In this document: positions 29,641 to 39,201 of the stretch, one piece after another
How positions within the stretch are numbered: the stretch's first letter is position 1
Layout: each line of letters starts with the position of its first letter
Assembly (NCBI GenBank): GCA_050124795.1
Contig: JASFEO010000001.1
Coordinates: 1-64,000 of the forward strand
Source of the DNA: Candidatus Pacearchaeota archaeon
GTDB taxonomy: Archaea > Nanobdellota > Nanobdellia > Pacearchaeales > GW2011-AR1
Length of the DNA stretch: 64,000 nt
Reading direction: 5' to 3'
Made by a program: the position numbers and the translations under genes
Notes under the pieces: generated by a model
Told to the model about the DNA's origin: nothing
The model's input: the letters and a program-made list of their open reading frames with translations, nothing else
The model's database searches: none

Positions 29641-29688
29641 CTACAATATATTGTATGTTATAATACTTAACAACTCAATAAATTGTAT
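29641..29688. promoter_or_regulatory. Tandem NrdR boxes upstream of nrdR-nrdJ
   Basis: CTACAATATATTGTAT (29641-29656) matches CwAtATaTwG; a second box ACTCAATAAATTGTAT (29673-29688) lies 32 bp away. Confidence 0.8.
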
Positions 29689-29792
29689 TTAATGCAAAAC
29701 ATAAAAATCTTTTTCTATTTAAACTTTTAGAACTATCAAAAAAAAGTAACACAAACTTTTGAGAAATATTTATAAACTGAATTCTTATAATA

Positions 29793-30062
29793 TTGTTAAG
29801 AGGTAAAATGGTAAACGATTATTTGGCAATTGCTTCAGCAGCATTGGGTGTTCCAATTTGGGTGCTTGTCTTAATTGTAATTTGGTCAGGAGTTTGGAAA
29901 CTTCTTGCACTTTGGAAATCTGCCCGCAAAGGCTCAATACCATGGTTCATAGTTTTAGGAATTCTAAACACCTTAGGAATTTTAGAAATACTTTACATTT
30001 TTGTTTTCTCTAAAATGAAAATAAAAAACATATTTAAGAAAAAAGGTAAAAAAGAAGATTAA
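29793..30062 (+). CDS. DUF5652-like small membrane protein (start probably ATG 29808)
   Basis: WKLLALWKSARK...WFIVLGILNTLGILEILYIF. Confidence 0.8.
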   Translation: MLRGKMVNDYLAIASAALGVPIWVLVLIVIWSGVWKLLALWKSARKGSIPWFIVLGILNTLGILEILYIFVFSKMKIKNIFKKKGKKED

Positions 30063-30079
30063 GGCCTTAAGTTATTACT

Positions 30080-30436
30080 TTAATCGGGATGATGTGCTTC
30101 AAAATATCTTACACTATGCACGGCATATTCTTCCCTGAGTGTAAAATCCCCTACTCTGCCCTTAAAAACTTTTTTTTCTTGTGCAAATTCACGCAAAATA
30201 CTCTCTGAAATCCCCCCCACCATAAATCCTTCTGTTACATCTTTTATTAGAAATCTTTCGTAACCCTTTTTTACTAAATAGTCCGCCACAATACAATCAA
30301 CATCAAAATTGCATATACTTGCATCATTGATTGTGATGTATGGAGATTCTAATAAACAACTTTCTATAACTCTCTTGCATTCATTTTTTTCATTATTGAG
30401 TTTTTCATCAATTCCTTTTTCCATAAAAATAAACAA
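30080..30436 (-). CDS. Hypothetical protein
   Basis: ORF with its own TATA; start likely MEKGID. Confidence 0.55.
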   Translation of the reverse strand: MFIFMEKGIDEKLNNEKNECKRVIESCLLESPYITINDASICNFDVDCIVADYLVKKGYERFLIKDVTEGFMVGGISESILREFAQEKKVFKGRVGDFTLREEYAVHSVRYFEAHHPD

Positions 30437-30543
30437 CCTCTAATATTTATAAAGATTTATATGTTGTAGAAATTATGCAGCAGAAATCAAAACATCTTTT
30501 TGAGTATACAAATAATTATAAATAATAATTTTCTCTTTTAATT

Positions 30544-30990
30544 ATGGATACAAAAATGCAAAGATATTCTGAACATGGGGTTAGAAAAACCGGTAGAAGG
30601 GTGGGGAATGAAAATCTATTTTATGTTCTTTTAAAATGGGGTGAAGATTCTTATCCAATGCATAGTGAAATGATTGTAGATAAAGAGAATATTTCTGTGG
30701 GCTTTTATGCAAGAGTATTAATCGCAGATAATAAAGAAAGGATTGTAAAAGGAAAGTTTTTAGATAATCTTTTTTTAGTGAAGGGAATTTTGAAGAAGAT
30801 AAAAATCAGCAAATCCAGGTGGGAGACCAGGTTGCAATAAGATACACCCGGGAAGATGTGGAAAAAAAAAGAATCTGGATTTTATCAGTCGCAGCATACG
30901 ATTAAAAATATAATTGAAGTTCCAAGTGAGATTTTTGATCGTTGCGCAAGGGCTGCATTGTTGCATCAACATTCTGCAGTTGGTTTCTAG
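30544..30990 (+). pseudogene. Hypothetical gene with apparent frameshifts at T7 (30770-30776) and A9 (30862-30870)
   Basis: Consecutive coding-like frames FSEGNFEEDKNQQIQVGDQVAIRY and ESGFYQSQHTIKNIIEVPSEIFDRC. Confidence 0.45.
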
Positions 30991-31032
30991 CAATTCAAAC
31001 TTTTTGAAAAAAATTAAAAATAAAATCTCTCT

Positions 31033-31848
31033 TTAGACAAATCTCACCAACTCACACTTCTTGCAAATTTTATTCATCGTCGGTTCTCCGCATTTTTCAC
31101 AATATTGCAATTTAACTTTTTCCTTTTTCCTTTTTCCTAAAACTTCCTGAGAATTTTTCACAATATTCATCTTCTCTTTTGTTGGCAAGTTTTCCAAAAA
31201 ACTTCTAACCTGTATTCGATAAGAATCAATTGCGCACGGGCATTTTTCATAATTCACAGGCAGCCTTTTTTCTTTAGAAAATTTTTTTATATCTTTTTCT
31301 GCCAAATAAAACAAAGGCTTTATCCTCGGGATGAATTTTTTATTCTTCACATTCTGAGTAATTGCTCCTGTCCCGAAACTTAATTTTAAATTCCCCTTTA
31401 AAATATTCAACAAATAAGTCTGTGCTTCATCGTCGAGATTATGCCCTGTTGCAATTTTGTCAAACTTTAATTTTCTTGCCTCGCGATTCATTATCCATTT
31501 TTTGATAACTCCGCAAATTGCGCAATTTTTAATTTGCCCTTTTTTGTGTTTTGACTGAATTGCGCCTCTCAAATAACACATGCTGCTCCCCATTTCTTTT
31601 TTCACACCATACAAATGAAGTTCGATTCCAAGGTCACTGCAAAGTTCTTTTACTTTTTTCAAACATTCCTCGCTATACTCCCCCATCCCAAGATCAATAT
31701 GAAAACCCTTAATATCAAATCCAAACTTTTTTAAGAAATATGCCATGATAGTTGAATCCTTGCCACCTGAGAGCGCAACTAAAATTTTGTCTGATTTTTT
31801 TAAACCAATATCCTTCAAAGTTTTTTTTACTATTGTTTCTATTTTCAT
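31033..31848 (-). CDS. tRNA 2-thiolation protein, TtuA/Ncs6 family (PP-loop)
   Basis: SGGKDS, CAICG, TGHNLDD, C-terminal CEKC...CKKC; lacks the N-terminal Zn finger. Confidence 0.88.
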   Translation of the reverse strand: MKIETIVKKTLKDIGLKKSDKILVALSGGKDSTIMAYFLKKFGFDIKGFHIDLGMGEYSEECLKKVKELCSDLGIELHLYGVKKEMGSSMCYLRGAIQSKHKKGQIKNCAICGVIKKWIMNREARKLKFDKIATGHNLDDEAQTYLLNILKGNLKLSFGTGAITQNVKNKKFIPRIKPLFYLAEKDIKKFSKEKRLPVNYEKCPCAIDSYRIQVRSFLENLPTKEKMNIVKNSQEVLGKRKKEKVKLQYCEKCGEPTMNKICKKCELVRFV

Positions 31849-31945
31849 TTTATAATATGGGAAAAATTCTTTTTAAGTTTTGCAATCACTCAAAAAACCT
31901 CATAAAAACTTAAAAACCCTAATAATTTTCAACACCTATTAAAAG

Positions 31946-32575
31946 ATGGAAGACCAGCAAAAATTCAAACGACACACAGCATACAAATTTCGAATCGGAG
32001 ACTTGTTAATTGGAAAACCAATAATGGACAATGAAAGATTTTCTTTTTTAGAATTAGGAGATAAAAAAATAGTCAGAATTAATGTAATCGGAAACATAGT
32101 TGACAGATACGACAGCGAAGGAGAAACCAAGTTCACTTCTTTTACAATCGACGACGGCTCAGGACAAATGAAAATGAGAGTCTTTGCTGACGATGTTGGG
32201 AAATTCAAAAATATTTTACAAGGACAAACTGTTGTTGTAATAGGTCTCTTAAGATTTTACAATAATGAAATTTATATTTCCCCAGACATAATAAAAGAAC
32301 ATGATTCAAAATATTTACTAATTAGAAAACTTGAAACAGAAAAAGAGCGAAATAAAAACACAACCCCTGTCGAGAGAACAGAAATGATCGCAATAAAAGA
32401 TAAAATTTTAGAAAAAATAAAATCATCTGAAGAAGACGGCGGCATTGAAACAGACAAAATCATCATGGAGTTAAGAGAGGCAACACCAGAAATAATAAAT
32501 CAGGAAATTCAAAAGCTCCTTGAAGAAGGAATTATTTTTGAACCCCGCCCTGGAAAAGTTCGTTGGCTGGGTTAA
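31946..32575 (+). CDS. RPA32/RPA2-like OB-fold + winged-helix protein
   Basis: RINVIG, IDDGSG, C-terminal EGIIFEPRPG. Confidence 0.85.
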   Translation: MEDQQKFKRHTAYKFRIGDLLIGKPIMDNERFSFLELGDKKIVRINVIGNIVDRYDSEGETKFTSFTIDDGSGQMKMRVFADDVGKFKNILQGQTVVVIGLLRFYNNEIYISPDIIKEHDSKYLLIRKLETEKERNKNTTPVERTEMIAIKDKILEKIKSSEEDGGIETDKIIMELREATPEIINQEIQKLLEEGIIFEPRPGKVRWLG

Positions 32576-32576
32576 A

Positions 32577-32957
32577 ATGGAGCTAAACAGAGATGAATTA
32601 ATTTTTGCAGAAGAAGTTCTTTATCTGTTATACAATAAAGGAATAAAAAGTTTCCCATTTAAAACCAGGCAATATCACTTTGCATTAAAAAAGATTAAAA
32701 ATGATTTTGAGAAAAAAAGAGAACTGAATTTTCCATTAGATTTTTTATTGACGCTTGAACCTATTACTGGAGAATTTCCAAGAATGTATGCTGCGATTAT
32801 GAGGAATTTAGGAGAATGTGCTGCAATAAAATCACCTTACTTTAATGAAATAACTTTTGACTCATACTCCAGAAGAATTCAGAATTTTTTAGTTAAGGGT
32901 AATCCTTTGGTTGAAAAATTTACAAAGAGTTTTATTAAAGAACTTAAACTTTGTTAA
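32577..32957 (+). CDS. Hypothetical protein
   Basis: ATG directly after the upstream stop. Confidence 0.55.
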   Translation: MELNRDELIFAEEVLYLLYNKGIKSFPFKTRQYHFALKKIKNDFEKKRELNFPLDFLLTLEPITGEFPRMYAAIMRNLGECAAIKSPYFNEITFDSYSRRIQNFLVKGNPLVEKFTKSFIKELKLC

Positions 32958-32968
32958 AAATCTAAGAG

Positions 32969-33250
32969 TTAACTATAATCTTTTTTAATAGAAAATGTAT
33001 CTCCTATCCCAGACATTTTTTCATAGAGTTTAAATGTTCTTTTTAGTACTCCTTCAAATTTTGAAGAGTATAGATAGGCAGTCTCATGTAGATTGCTGAT
33101 TCCAAAAATCGTTTTTTTCTTTCTCTTTGACTTTTATCCATTCTGGGGTGTATTTTACTTCAACATCAAAACTTTTTCCATAAAGTGAATCAATAAAACA
33201 TGAAAGTTCTCTAAAAGCTTTTCCCCAGTTATATCTTTAATCTTTGCCAT
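32969..33250 (-). pseudogene. Small hypothetical gene with two frameshifts
   Basis: MAKIKDITGEKLL / ELSCFIDSLYGKSFDVEVKYTPEWIKV / TIFGISNLHETAYLYSSKFEG...; promoter-like TTTATAAA upstream. Confidence 0.4.
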
Positions 33251-33301
33251 AACTTTTCATAGAAATATCTCTTTATAAAAATTTATATCTTTTGAAATAA
33301 C

Positions 33302-33808
33302 TTATTTTTTATGGTATTTTTTATTAAACCAATAAGCCACATAAATTACAATAACTAATCCAACTAAGCTTAATAAAAATTTCATCAGGTCTGCAGAATA
33401 TTGCCAGTATCCCCCGACGCCGTAAAGAATTGTTGCAACTCCTCCGCCCATAAGTCCTGCGCCAACTGCTTCAAGACCAAAAACTAAAGCGCCAATTGCA
33501 ATTATAATTATCCCAAGAGGAAGAGTCACTAAAAAAACTTTTTTATAATATTTCTCCCTTGCCTTGTCATATTCCTCTTCGCAACCGGAATAAATATTGC
33601 AATAACCATGGTCTTCCCACACTCCTCCTTCTGCAGCACATTCGCTTTGAGTTTCAATAACTTTCGCAGTTCTCACACTTCCGCAAAAATCATCGTACTC
33701 AGGCTTTTCAAAAATTAAATTATTTCCATAAACAACCACGAAAATTGTCAGAATCATAATCGCAATTCCAAGAACAATATTTTTTATATCCATAACCAAA
33801 CAATGCAA
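33302..33808 (-). CDS. Membrane protein with a Cys-containing extracellular loop
   Basis: 4 TM segments; PEYDDFC...C...C...C. Confidence 0.7.
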   Translation of the reverse strand: MHCLVMDIKNIVLGIAIMILTIFVVVYGNNLIFEKPEYDDFCGSVRTAKVIETQSECAAEGGVWEDHGYCNIYSGCEEEYDKAREKYYKKVFLVTLPLGIIIIAIGALVFGLEAVGAGLMGGGVATILYGVGGYWQYSADLMKFLLSLVGLVIVIYVAYWFNKKYHKK

Positions 33809-33835
33809 ATTTAGTTTATATAGTTTTTTATAAGT

Positions 33836-34285
33836 TCAATTTTCTCTGAACATCTCAATCATTTTATCTGTCCATCCCCAGCTTTTAAGAATCTCATTTC
33901 TAGTTTCATTATCAAAATCATTTGGGTCTGGGATTTCCAGATATTCTCCGAGAATATTTTCTGCTTCTTCCCGAAGTTCTTCAGAAGTTTTATGTTTTAA
34001 GTCTTTTCCTAATTCAATAAAATTATAATAAGCATTTGATATAAACTCCCCCGGAATTCCCAGGGAATCAATAGGACTTATTCCTGTCCAGTTAAGTGGC
34101 GTAGTTAATTCATTCATTATCTCTCCATATTTTCTTTCATAATATCTTCTACTAGAGGCAATATATCTTTTATCTTTATTCTTTCCTGCATGAGCAATGC
34201 AATGAAGAGTTCCCTTTAATTCATCTTCAAGAGTTCTTAGAAAAATTTCCATTCCATCACTGACAACATCAAACACACTTTCCAT
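33836..34285 (-). CDS. Hypothetical protein
   Basis: 149-aa ORF. Confidence 0.6.
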   Translation of the reverse strand: MESVFDVVSDGMEIFLRTLEDELKGTLHCIAHAGKNKDKRYIASSRRYYERKYGEIMNELTTPLNWTGISPIDSLGIPGEFISNAYYNFIELGKDLKHKTSEELREEAENILGEYLEIPDPNDFDNETRNEILKSWGWTDKMIEMFREN

Positions 34286-34345
34286 TAATTATTTTAAGAT
34301 TTCTATTTTATAAAAATTTATATACTCTGATTTCGCGAGATAATT

Positions 34346-34753
34346 ATGACATACGAACAATTACTAGATGAAGCATACAAAAAGGTCAAGCAGGTTAATA
34401 CAAATAGCGATCGCTTTGAAATTCCTAGAATTGAGGGTCACTTTGAAGGAAAGAAAACTGTTCTTACTAATTTTCTTGCAATTGCCTCTCACTTAAGACG
34501 TAAGCCAGGGCATTTTCAAAAGTTCATTCTAAAAGAACTTGCAGCATCCGGTCAAATTGAAGGAGAGAGATTAGTCTTAAACATAAAAGTTCCAAGTGCT
34601 AAGATAAATCAAAAAATTGCAGATTATGCAAAAGAATTTGTAATTTGCCGAGAGTGCGGAAAACCAGACACTGAAATCAAAAAAGAAGACAGATTAAATT
34701 TTGTTCATTGTTTAGCTTGCGGTGCTAAGCATTCAGTGAGGGGTAAGATATAA
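34346..34753 (+). CDS. eif2b: Translation initiation factor aIF-2 beta
   Basis: YEQLLDEAY, RFEIP, CRECGKPDT, CLACGA. Confidence 0.95.
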   Translation: MTYEQLLDEAYKKVKQVNTNSDRFEIPRIEGHFEGKKTVLTNFLAIASHLRRKPGHFQKFILKELAASGQIEGERLVLNIKVPSAKINQKIADYAKEFVICRECGKPDTEIKKEDRLNFVHCLACGAKHSVRGKI

Positions 34754-35038
34754 ATGGACTTAATGGGATTTTATATTTTTGGGGTTAATAAAGAAATCAG
34801 TAATCCTGATGGAGGTATTACTTATGAAGGAACACTTTCATTTAGAGAGTTAACTCAGAAAGATATAAATAATTCTTCTACAAAAGATTTAGAAAGATTC
34901 TTAGAAACAATACGTGTTCAGTTAAATGGCGGGGGGTGTTTTTCTGATTCAAATATTTTTAGGAATAGAATAAATCAAAGCGCAATATATCGTGCTAAAT
35001 ATTTTGTTGGAGAAAAATTATCTAATCAAAATCCTTAA
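34754..35038 (+). CDS. Hypothetical protein
   Basis: ORF abuts aIF-2 beta. Confidence 0.5.
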   Translation: MDLMGFYIFGVNKEISNPDGGITYEGTLSFRELTQKDINNSSTKDLERFLETIRVQLNGGGCFSDSNIFRNRINQSAIYRAKYFVGEKLSNQNP

Positions 35039-35101
35039 AAACCCTCGCTACTTAAGGTTTTTAGAGATTCTATTGAATCTATAATTAAATCGGAGGTAAA
35101 A

Positions 35102-35311
35102 ATGGTAGAAGGATATTGTGTTGTGTGCAAAAAGTCTGGCGGAAAAACAAAAAGAAAAATGAAAGACCCTGTAATTGAAAAAACTTCAAAGGGCGGATTT
35201 ATTGCAAAGGGAATATGTTCTGATTGCGGCAAGACAAAAATGTGCGCAATGATGTCAAAAGACAATGCTGAAAAAGCAATTTCATCAGGCGAAGCTAAAA
35301 AAGGCTTTTAG
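35102..35311 (+). CDS. Small basic Zn-ribbon protein (DUF5679-like)
   Basis: YCVVCK...KRKMKDP...KGICSDCG; strong SD GGAGGT. Confidence 0.75.
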   Translation: MVEGYCVVCKKSGGKTKRKMKDPVIEKTSKGGFIAKGICSDCGKTKMCAMMSKDNAEKAISSGEAKKGF

Positions 35312-35459
35312 TTTTACTTTTATTTTTTTCTTTTTATTTTTTATTAAACAATTCTTAATTGGATATTCTAGAAAATTAAAACGCATTCATCTGAAACCAA
35401 TAGTTGTCGTCTCTATTCATATATGCTTCAAAATCATTTAGAAATATCCCAAAATCTCC

Positions 35460-36014
35460 CTAAAAGCCAATTGGTCTTATTATATCACATGACTTGGCAA
35501 AATCTGCATTAGCTATCTTTTTTAGATAAGTTAAATTTTCATCTGCAGAGAATATTCTATATGCCATGCTTGCCTCAACAATTGATTTAGATTCATACCC
35601 TTTTTGCAGTAAATGTTCATAATAATTTTTAATCCCTTTTTTACCTTGCTTCATTGCCCAATAATATATGCTTCCAAGATGAGTGACCATCTCACGCAAA
35701 CTTTCATCTTCTTCTGAAAAGTCTTTTAATCTTTTTCCTTCATAATGTTCCTTTCTTGCAAAAGGATGCAAAAAATGCCCACACTCATGGCTTGTTATAA
35801 ACATAATATCTTTTTTATCATCATAAATATTATTTACTAAGATAGTGTCTGGGTCATAGAAAAAACCTCCTGCAGAAAGAATCCCCTCTATCCCGACTTC
35901 ACAATAACCAGGATGATTCTGCAGCCCAAAGAACTTGTGCATTCTATTAACATAATCTTTATGTGTTTCAAGTGCAAATTTTTGCCTTTTCTGAATATCT
36001 TCAATTTTTTCCAT
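35460..36014 (-). CDS. Hypothetical protein with an HExxH motif
   Basis: SHECGHFLH...E. Confidence 0.6.
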   Translation of the reverse strand: MEKIEDIQKRQKFALETHKDYVNRMHKFFGLQNHPGYCEVGIEGILSAGGFFYDPDTILVNNIYDDKKDIMFITSHECGHFLHPFARKEHYEGKRLKDFSEEDESLREMVTHLGSIYYWAMKQGKKGIKNYYEHLLQKGYESKSIVEASMAYRIFSADENLTYLKKIANADFAKSCDIIRPIGF

Positions 36015-36086
36015 AAATTTTCATTACAATAATCCTTTTTAACAATTATTATCTAAAATTATATAAATAAGATCTAATTTATTTTT

Positions 36087-36380
36087 TTATGAAATCAATC
36101 CATATTTAATTACTACAAGTTCTTGTCTAATTGTGGGGTTGTCCCCCCTTTTGCAAAAATCATAGGGTCTTTCATCTCCTAAAGCGACTATTTTTGAATA
36201 AAACCAATTTCTTGCTTTCTCCTTTGTTCCAAAAACATCAATCATCATATTAATTAATTCTTCTCCTGCATACTTTTGCATCTCTTTAGTCAATAATAAA
36301 TCAAGTTTATGCATCTCTTTAGTCAATAATAAATCAAGTTCTTTGAATTCTTCTCTTTCTAAAAAGTGATCAATTTGCAT
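36087..36380 (-). CDS. MbcA/ParS/Xre antitoxin C-terminal-domain protein with an internal 11-aa duplication
   Basis: DVFGTKEKARNWF...ALGDERP; 31-nt direct repeat at 36277-36307 and 36310-36340. Confidence 0.7.
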   Translation of the reverse strand: MQIDHFLEREEFKELDLLLTKEMHKLDLLLTKEMQKYAGEELINMMIDVFGTKEKARNWFYSKIVALGDERPYDFCKRGDNPTIRQELVVIKYGLIS

Positions 36381-36430
36381 TTAATAATAAGACAAGCAAA
36401 ATATATAAATCCTTCCTCTCTAAATTTTTT

Positions 36431-36727
36431 ATGCTAATAAAAATTCATAAATCTTATAGAGATGTTGTTGCAGTTTGCGACAAAGAACTTCTTGGAAAAT
36501 ATTTTGAAGAAGGCAAATTTCAACTGGATGTGAAAGTTTCTTTTTTTGAAGGTGATGAAAAAAATTCTGAAGAAATGATTGAGGCAATGAAAAATCTAAT
36601 TCGCGAAGATGCAACATTTAATATAATTGGTGAAAAATCAGTTGATTGCGCTATTAAGTCAGGAATTATAACTGAAAGTTCAGTCGGAAAAATTCAGGGC
36701 ATCCCTTTTGCCTTAGTTCTGCTTTAA
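36431..36727 (+). CDS. DUF424 family protein
   Basis: VVAVCDKELLGK...FF.G...NIIGEKSV. Confidence 0.85.
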   Translation: MLIKIHKSYRDVVAVCDKELLGKYFEEGKFQLDVKVSFFEGDEKNSEEMIEAMKNLIREDATFNIIGEKSVDCAIKSGIITESSVGKIQGIPFALVLL

Positions 36728-36869
36728 ATGGCTTTGGAACATAATAATCACATTTAGTTTTGTCTTTAAACAAATAACCACACCTTTTTCTCCCTAAGTT
36801 TTTATCAATCTTTCTAAGATAACAATTTTCAACCCTTCCATCAAGGCTAAAACAACATTCTTTTTCCAT
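36666..36869 (-). CDS. Small Cys-rich hypothetical protein
   Basis: Own TATA; overlaps the 3' end of DUF424. Confidence 0.4.
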   Translation of the reverse strand: MEKECCFSLDGRVENCYLRKIDKNLGRKRCGYLFKDKTKCDYYVPKPFKAELRQKGCPEFFRLNFQL

Positions 36870-36915
36870 AACAGAAAAATAAAAAATTAGTTTTTAAAAA
36901 TTTATATTCTAAACT

Positions 36916-37452
36916 TTAACTCTTCTTTTTACATAAAATTAAAAATTCCCTATTCCCGCCTTTTTTCCCGACCAAAGGAGACTCAACAATATTTACAATA
37001 TCTACAATTCCGGATATCTCTTTTTTAACTTTCTCTAGGATTTCCTGCAAGTGTTCTTCATTTCTTATTTTTTCATTTGCTTCATAATGCGGTTTTATTA
37101 AACTAACAATTTCCCCATTATCTTTTAAATTCTTGATTGCATTCGGTAAAATCTTTTTTTGAATTGTCCATCCTGCATCAATAGAAATAAAATCACACTT
37201 TTCAGGCAACTTAATATGAATGGCATTTGTTTTATCAAGGACTATAACTCTCTCGTCATCTTTTAATGCAAAATGCAATCTGTTTTTTGAAGTTTCAATT
37301 GAATAAATTTTTTCAGGACCTTCTTCTAAAATTGCCTGCACAAAACCTCCGGTTGAAGAACCAAAATCTGCGCAAACTTTATTTTTTAAATTTAACTTAA
37401 ATTTTTCAATTGCAAACTTTAATTTATGATATCCACGTGAAACCGGCTGCAT
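36916..37452 (-). CDS. TlyA-like/FtsJ RNA 2'-O-methyltransferase lacking the S4 domain
   Basis: VSRGYHKL, DFGSSTGGF, LIKPHYE, GNREFL. Confidence 0.85.
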   Translation of the reverse strand: MQPVSRGYHKLKFAIEKFKLNLKNKVCADFGSSTGGFVQAILEEGPEKIYSIETSKNRLHFALKDDERVIVLDKTNAIHIKLPEKCDFISIDAGWTIQKKILPNAIKNLKDNGEIVSLIKPHYEANEKIRNEEHLQEILEKVKKEISGIVDIVNIVESPLVGKKGGNREFLILCKKKS

Positions 37453-37522
37453 AAAAGTAATTGTTTTCTTTGTTTAAATTTTTTTCCAAACATTTTATAA
37501 ACTAAATCTTTCTATAATTTTT

Positions 37523-37858
37523 ATGGCATATTTTAATAAAAAGAAACAAAATAATTCTGAAGAGCCAAAAATTGTTAGGGCTCCGTTGCCAAAGGAAAAT
37601 CAAGTTATTGGAATTGTTGAACAGCGCTTAGGTGGAAATAAAATGATGGTGAATTGCCTTGATGGCAAAGCAAGAAATTGCCGGGTTCCCGGAAGACTCA
37701 GGAGAAGACTTTGGTTGCGTCCAGATGATGTTGTGATAATTGAACCTTGGGAACTCGACGACAAAAAAGGAGATGTTTTGTTTAAGTATCGCAATAATCA
37801 AATTGAATGGCTTAAGAAAAATGGTTATCTTAAAACTGAAGGTGTTAATGAGTTTTAA
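37523..37858 (+). CDS. eif1a: Translation initiation factor aIF-1A
   Basis: LGGNKM.V.C.DG..R.CRVPGRLRRRLW. Confidence 0.95.
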   Translation: MAYFNKKKQNNSEEPKIVRAPLPKENQVIGIVEQRLGGNKMMVNCLDGKARNCRVPGRLRRRLWLRPDDVVIIEPWELDDKKGDVLFKYRNNQIEWLKKNGYLKTEGVNEF

Positions 37859-37913
37859 AAAATATATTTTAGAATATGCAAATAAATAAAAAGGAATTCT
37901 CCTAAATAAAAAA

Positions 37914-38099
37914 ATGAGATGTCCAAAAAAAGACTGCATGTACAATGATAGGAATAATCCCCTTTCTGAAGAAGATGAAAAAATTAGAGATTTAGCATTA
38001 CGAGATAATTCAAGTATAGTTTCTGACTGCAGTAGTCCTAATCAAATGACTTTTTTTGGCGAATGCATAACTTATATTCCATTGAAACAAGAAGGTTAA
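37914..38099 (+). CDS. Small Cys-containing hypothetical protein
   Basis: CPKKDCMYN...C...C; flanked by 14-bp direct repeats. Confidence 0.5.
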   Translation: MRCPKKDCMYNDRNNPLSEEDEKIRDLALRDNSSIVSDCSSPNQMTFFGECITYIPLKQEG

Positions 38100-38121
38100 T
38101 GAGTTTTAGAAATTTCACATT

Positions 38122-38589
38122 TCACTCTAAAGAACAACTATCTCTGGAGGTTATCCTCTCTAATTCTTTTAAAAAGGAAACCATCCTTGTATAATCTTTA
38201 TTTTCTCGAATGGAATTAATATTATTAGGTTCTTTGGCTATTTTCTTAAGCAAGCCTTCAAAACCTTTTATCTTTTTTGAATATTTCTCTCTTGATTTTC
38301 CAATAGGATAGCCAACTTTCTTTAAAATTCGGGTACTAAGCCTTGAAAAGAAAGATATTTCATTTAAATCTACAAGTAATAGATTATTCCCATATTCTTT
38401 TTCAACAGAACGCCAATCAGGACCATATGACCTCATTGTTGCAAAAAGTCCTGCAGAATCTCTTCCAAGATATTCAACTTCTCCTTTAATCATATCCTTA
38501 TTTTTTTCTAAATCATCTAGGACACAGAGTGTATAATGCGCTACGTTATTAATTGAATCCCATGACATAAGAACCAAAACAAATTTCAC
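38122..38589 (-). CDS. Hypothetical protein
   Basis: 155-aa ORF. Confidence 0.55.
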   Translation of the reverse strand: MKFVLVLMSWDSINNVAHYTLCVLDDLEKNKDMIKGEVEYLGRDSAGLFATMRSYGPDWRSVEKEYGNNLLLVDLNEISFFSRLSTRILKKVGYPIGKSREKYSKKIKGFEGLLKKIAKEPNNINSIRENKDYTRMVSFLKELERITSRDSCSLE

Positions 38590-38649
38590 TTAATAAATAT
38601 TTATGTCCTAAAAGATAATTATAAAAACATTATTTTTTTTATTTCTATT

Positions 38650-39150
38650 ATGAAAGTAATACTTTGTGAAAAACTACCAAGAATTTTAAAGAATAAAAAA
38701 AAATTAGAGAAAACTCTAAATGTTAAAATTCAGAACAGAGGCAAAGAAGTTAAAATTGAAGGGAAAGGCGAAGATGAATTTATTGCTGAGAAAGTAATTG
38801 ATGCTCTTAATTTTGGTTTTTCTTATTCAGATGCAATCTCAATAAAATCTGAAGATTTTGATTTTGAAGTTATTAGTATAAAAGATTACACAAAAAGAAA
38901 AGATTTGAAATCAGTCAGGGCAAGGATAATTGGCGGGGGGGGGAAAACTTTGAAAGTGTTGTCAGACTTATCGCGTTGTTCTTTAGAATTAAAGGAAAAC
39001 TCAGTTGGCATAATTGGTCCGCCTGAGTGCATTCAAAACGCGATTGATGGAATTTCTTCAATTTGTCATGGCTCAAAGCAGTCAAATGTTTACAAACTTC
39101 TAGAAGAACATCAAATTAAAGAACCAGTTGATTTAGGTTTGAAGAAATAA
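38650..39150 (+). CDS. KH-domain ribosome biogenesis protein (Dim2/Pno1/KRR1-like)
   Basis: RARIIGGGGKT, GSKQSNVY; usual aIF-1A neighbour. Confidence 0.88.
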   Translation: MKVILCEKLPRILKNKKKLEKTLNVKIQNRGKEVKIEGKGEDEFIAEKVIDALNFGFSYSDAISIKSEDFDFEVISIKDYTKRKDLKSVRARIIGGGGKTLKVLSDLSRCSLELKENSVGIIGPPECIQNAIDGISSICHGSKQSNVYKLLEEHQIKEPVDLGLKK

Positions 39151-39201
39151 TGTCCCTTTAGTTCAGAAAGGTTTTATAAAAGATATTTATCTTATTAATT
39201 A

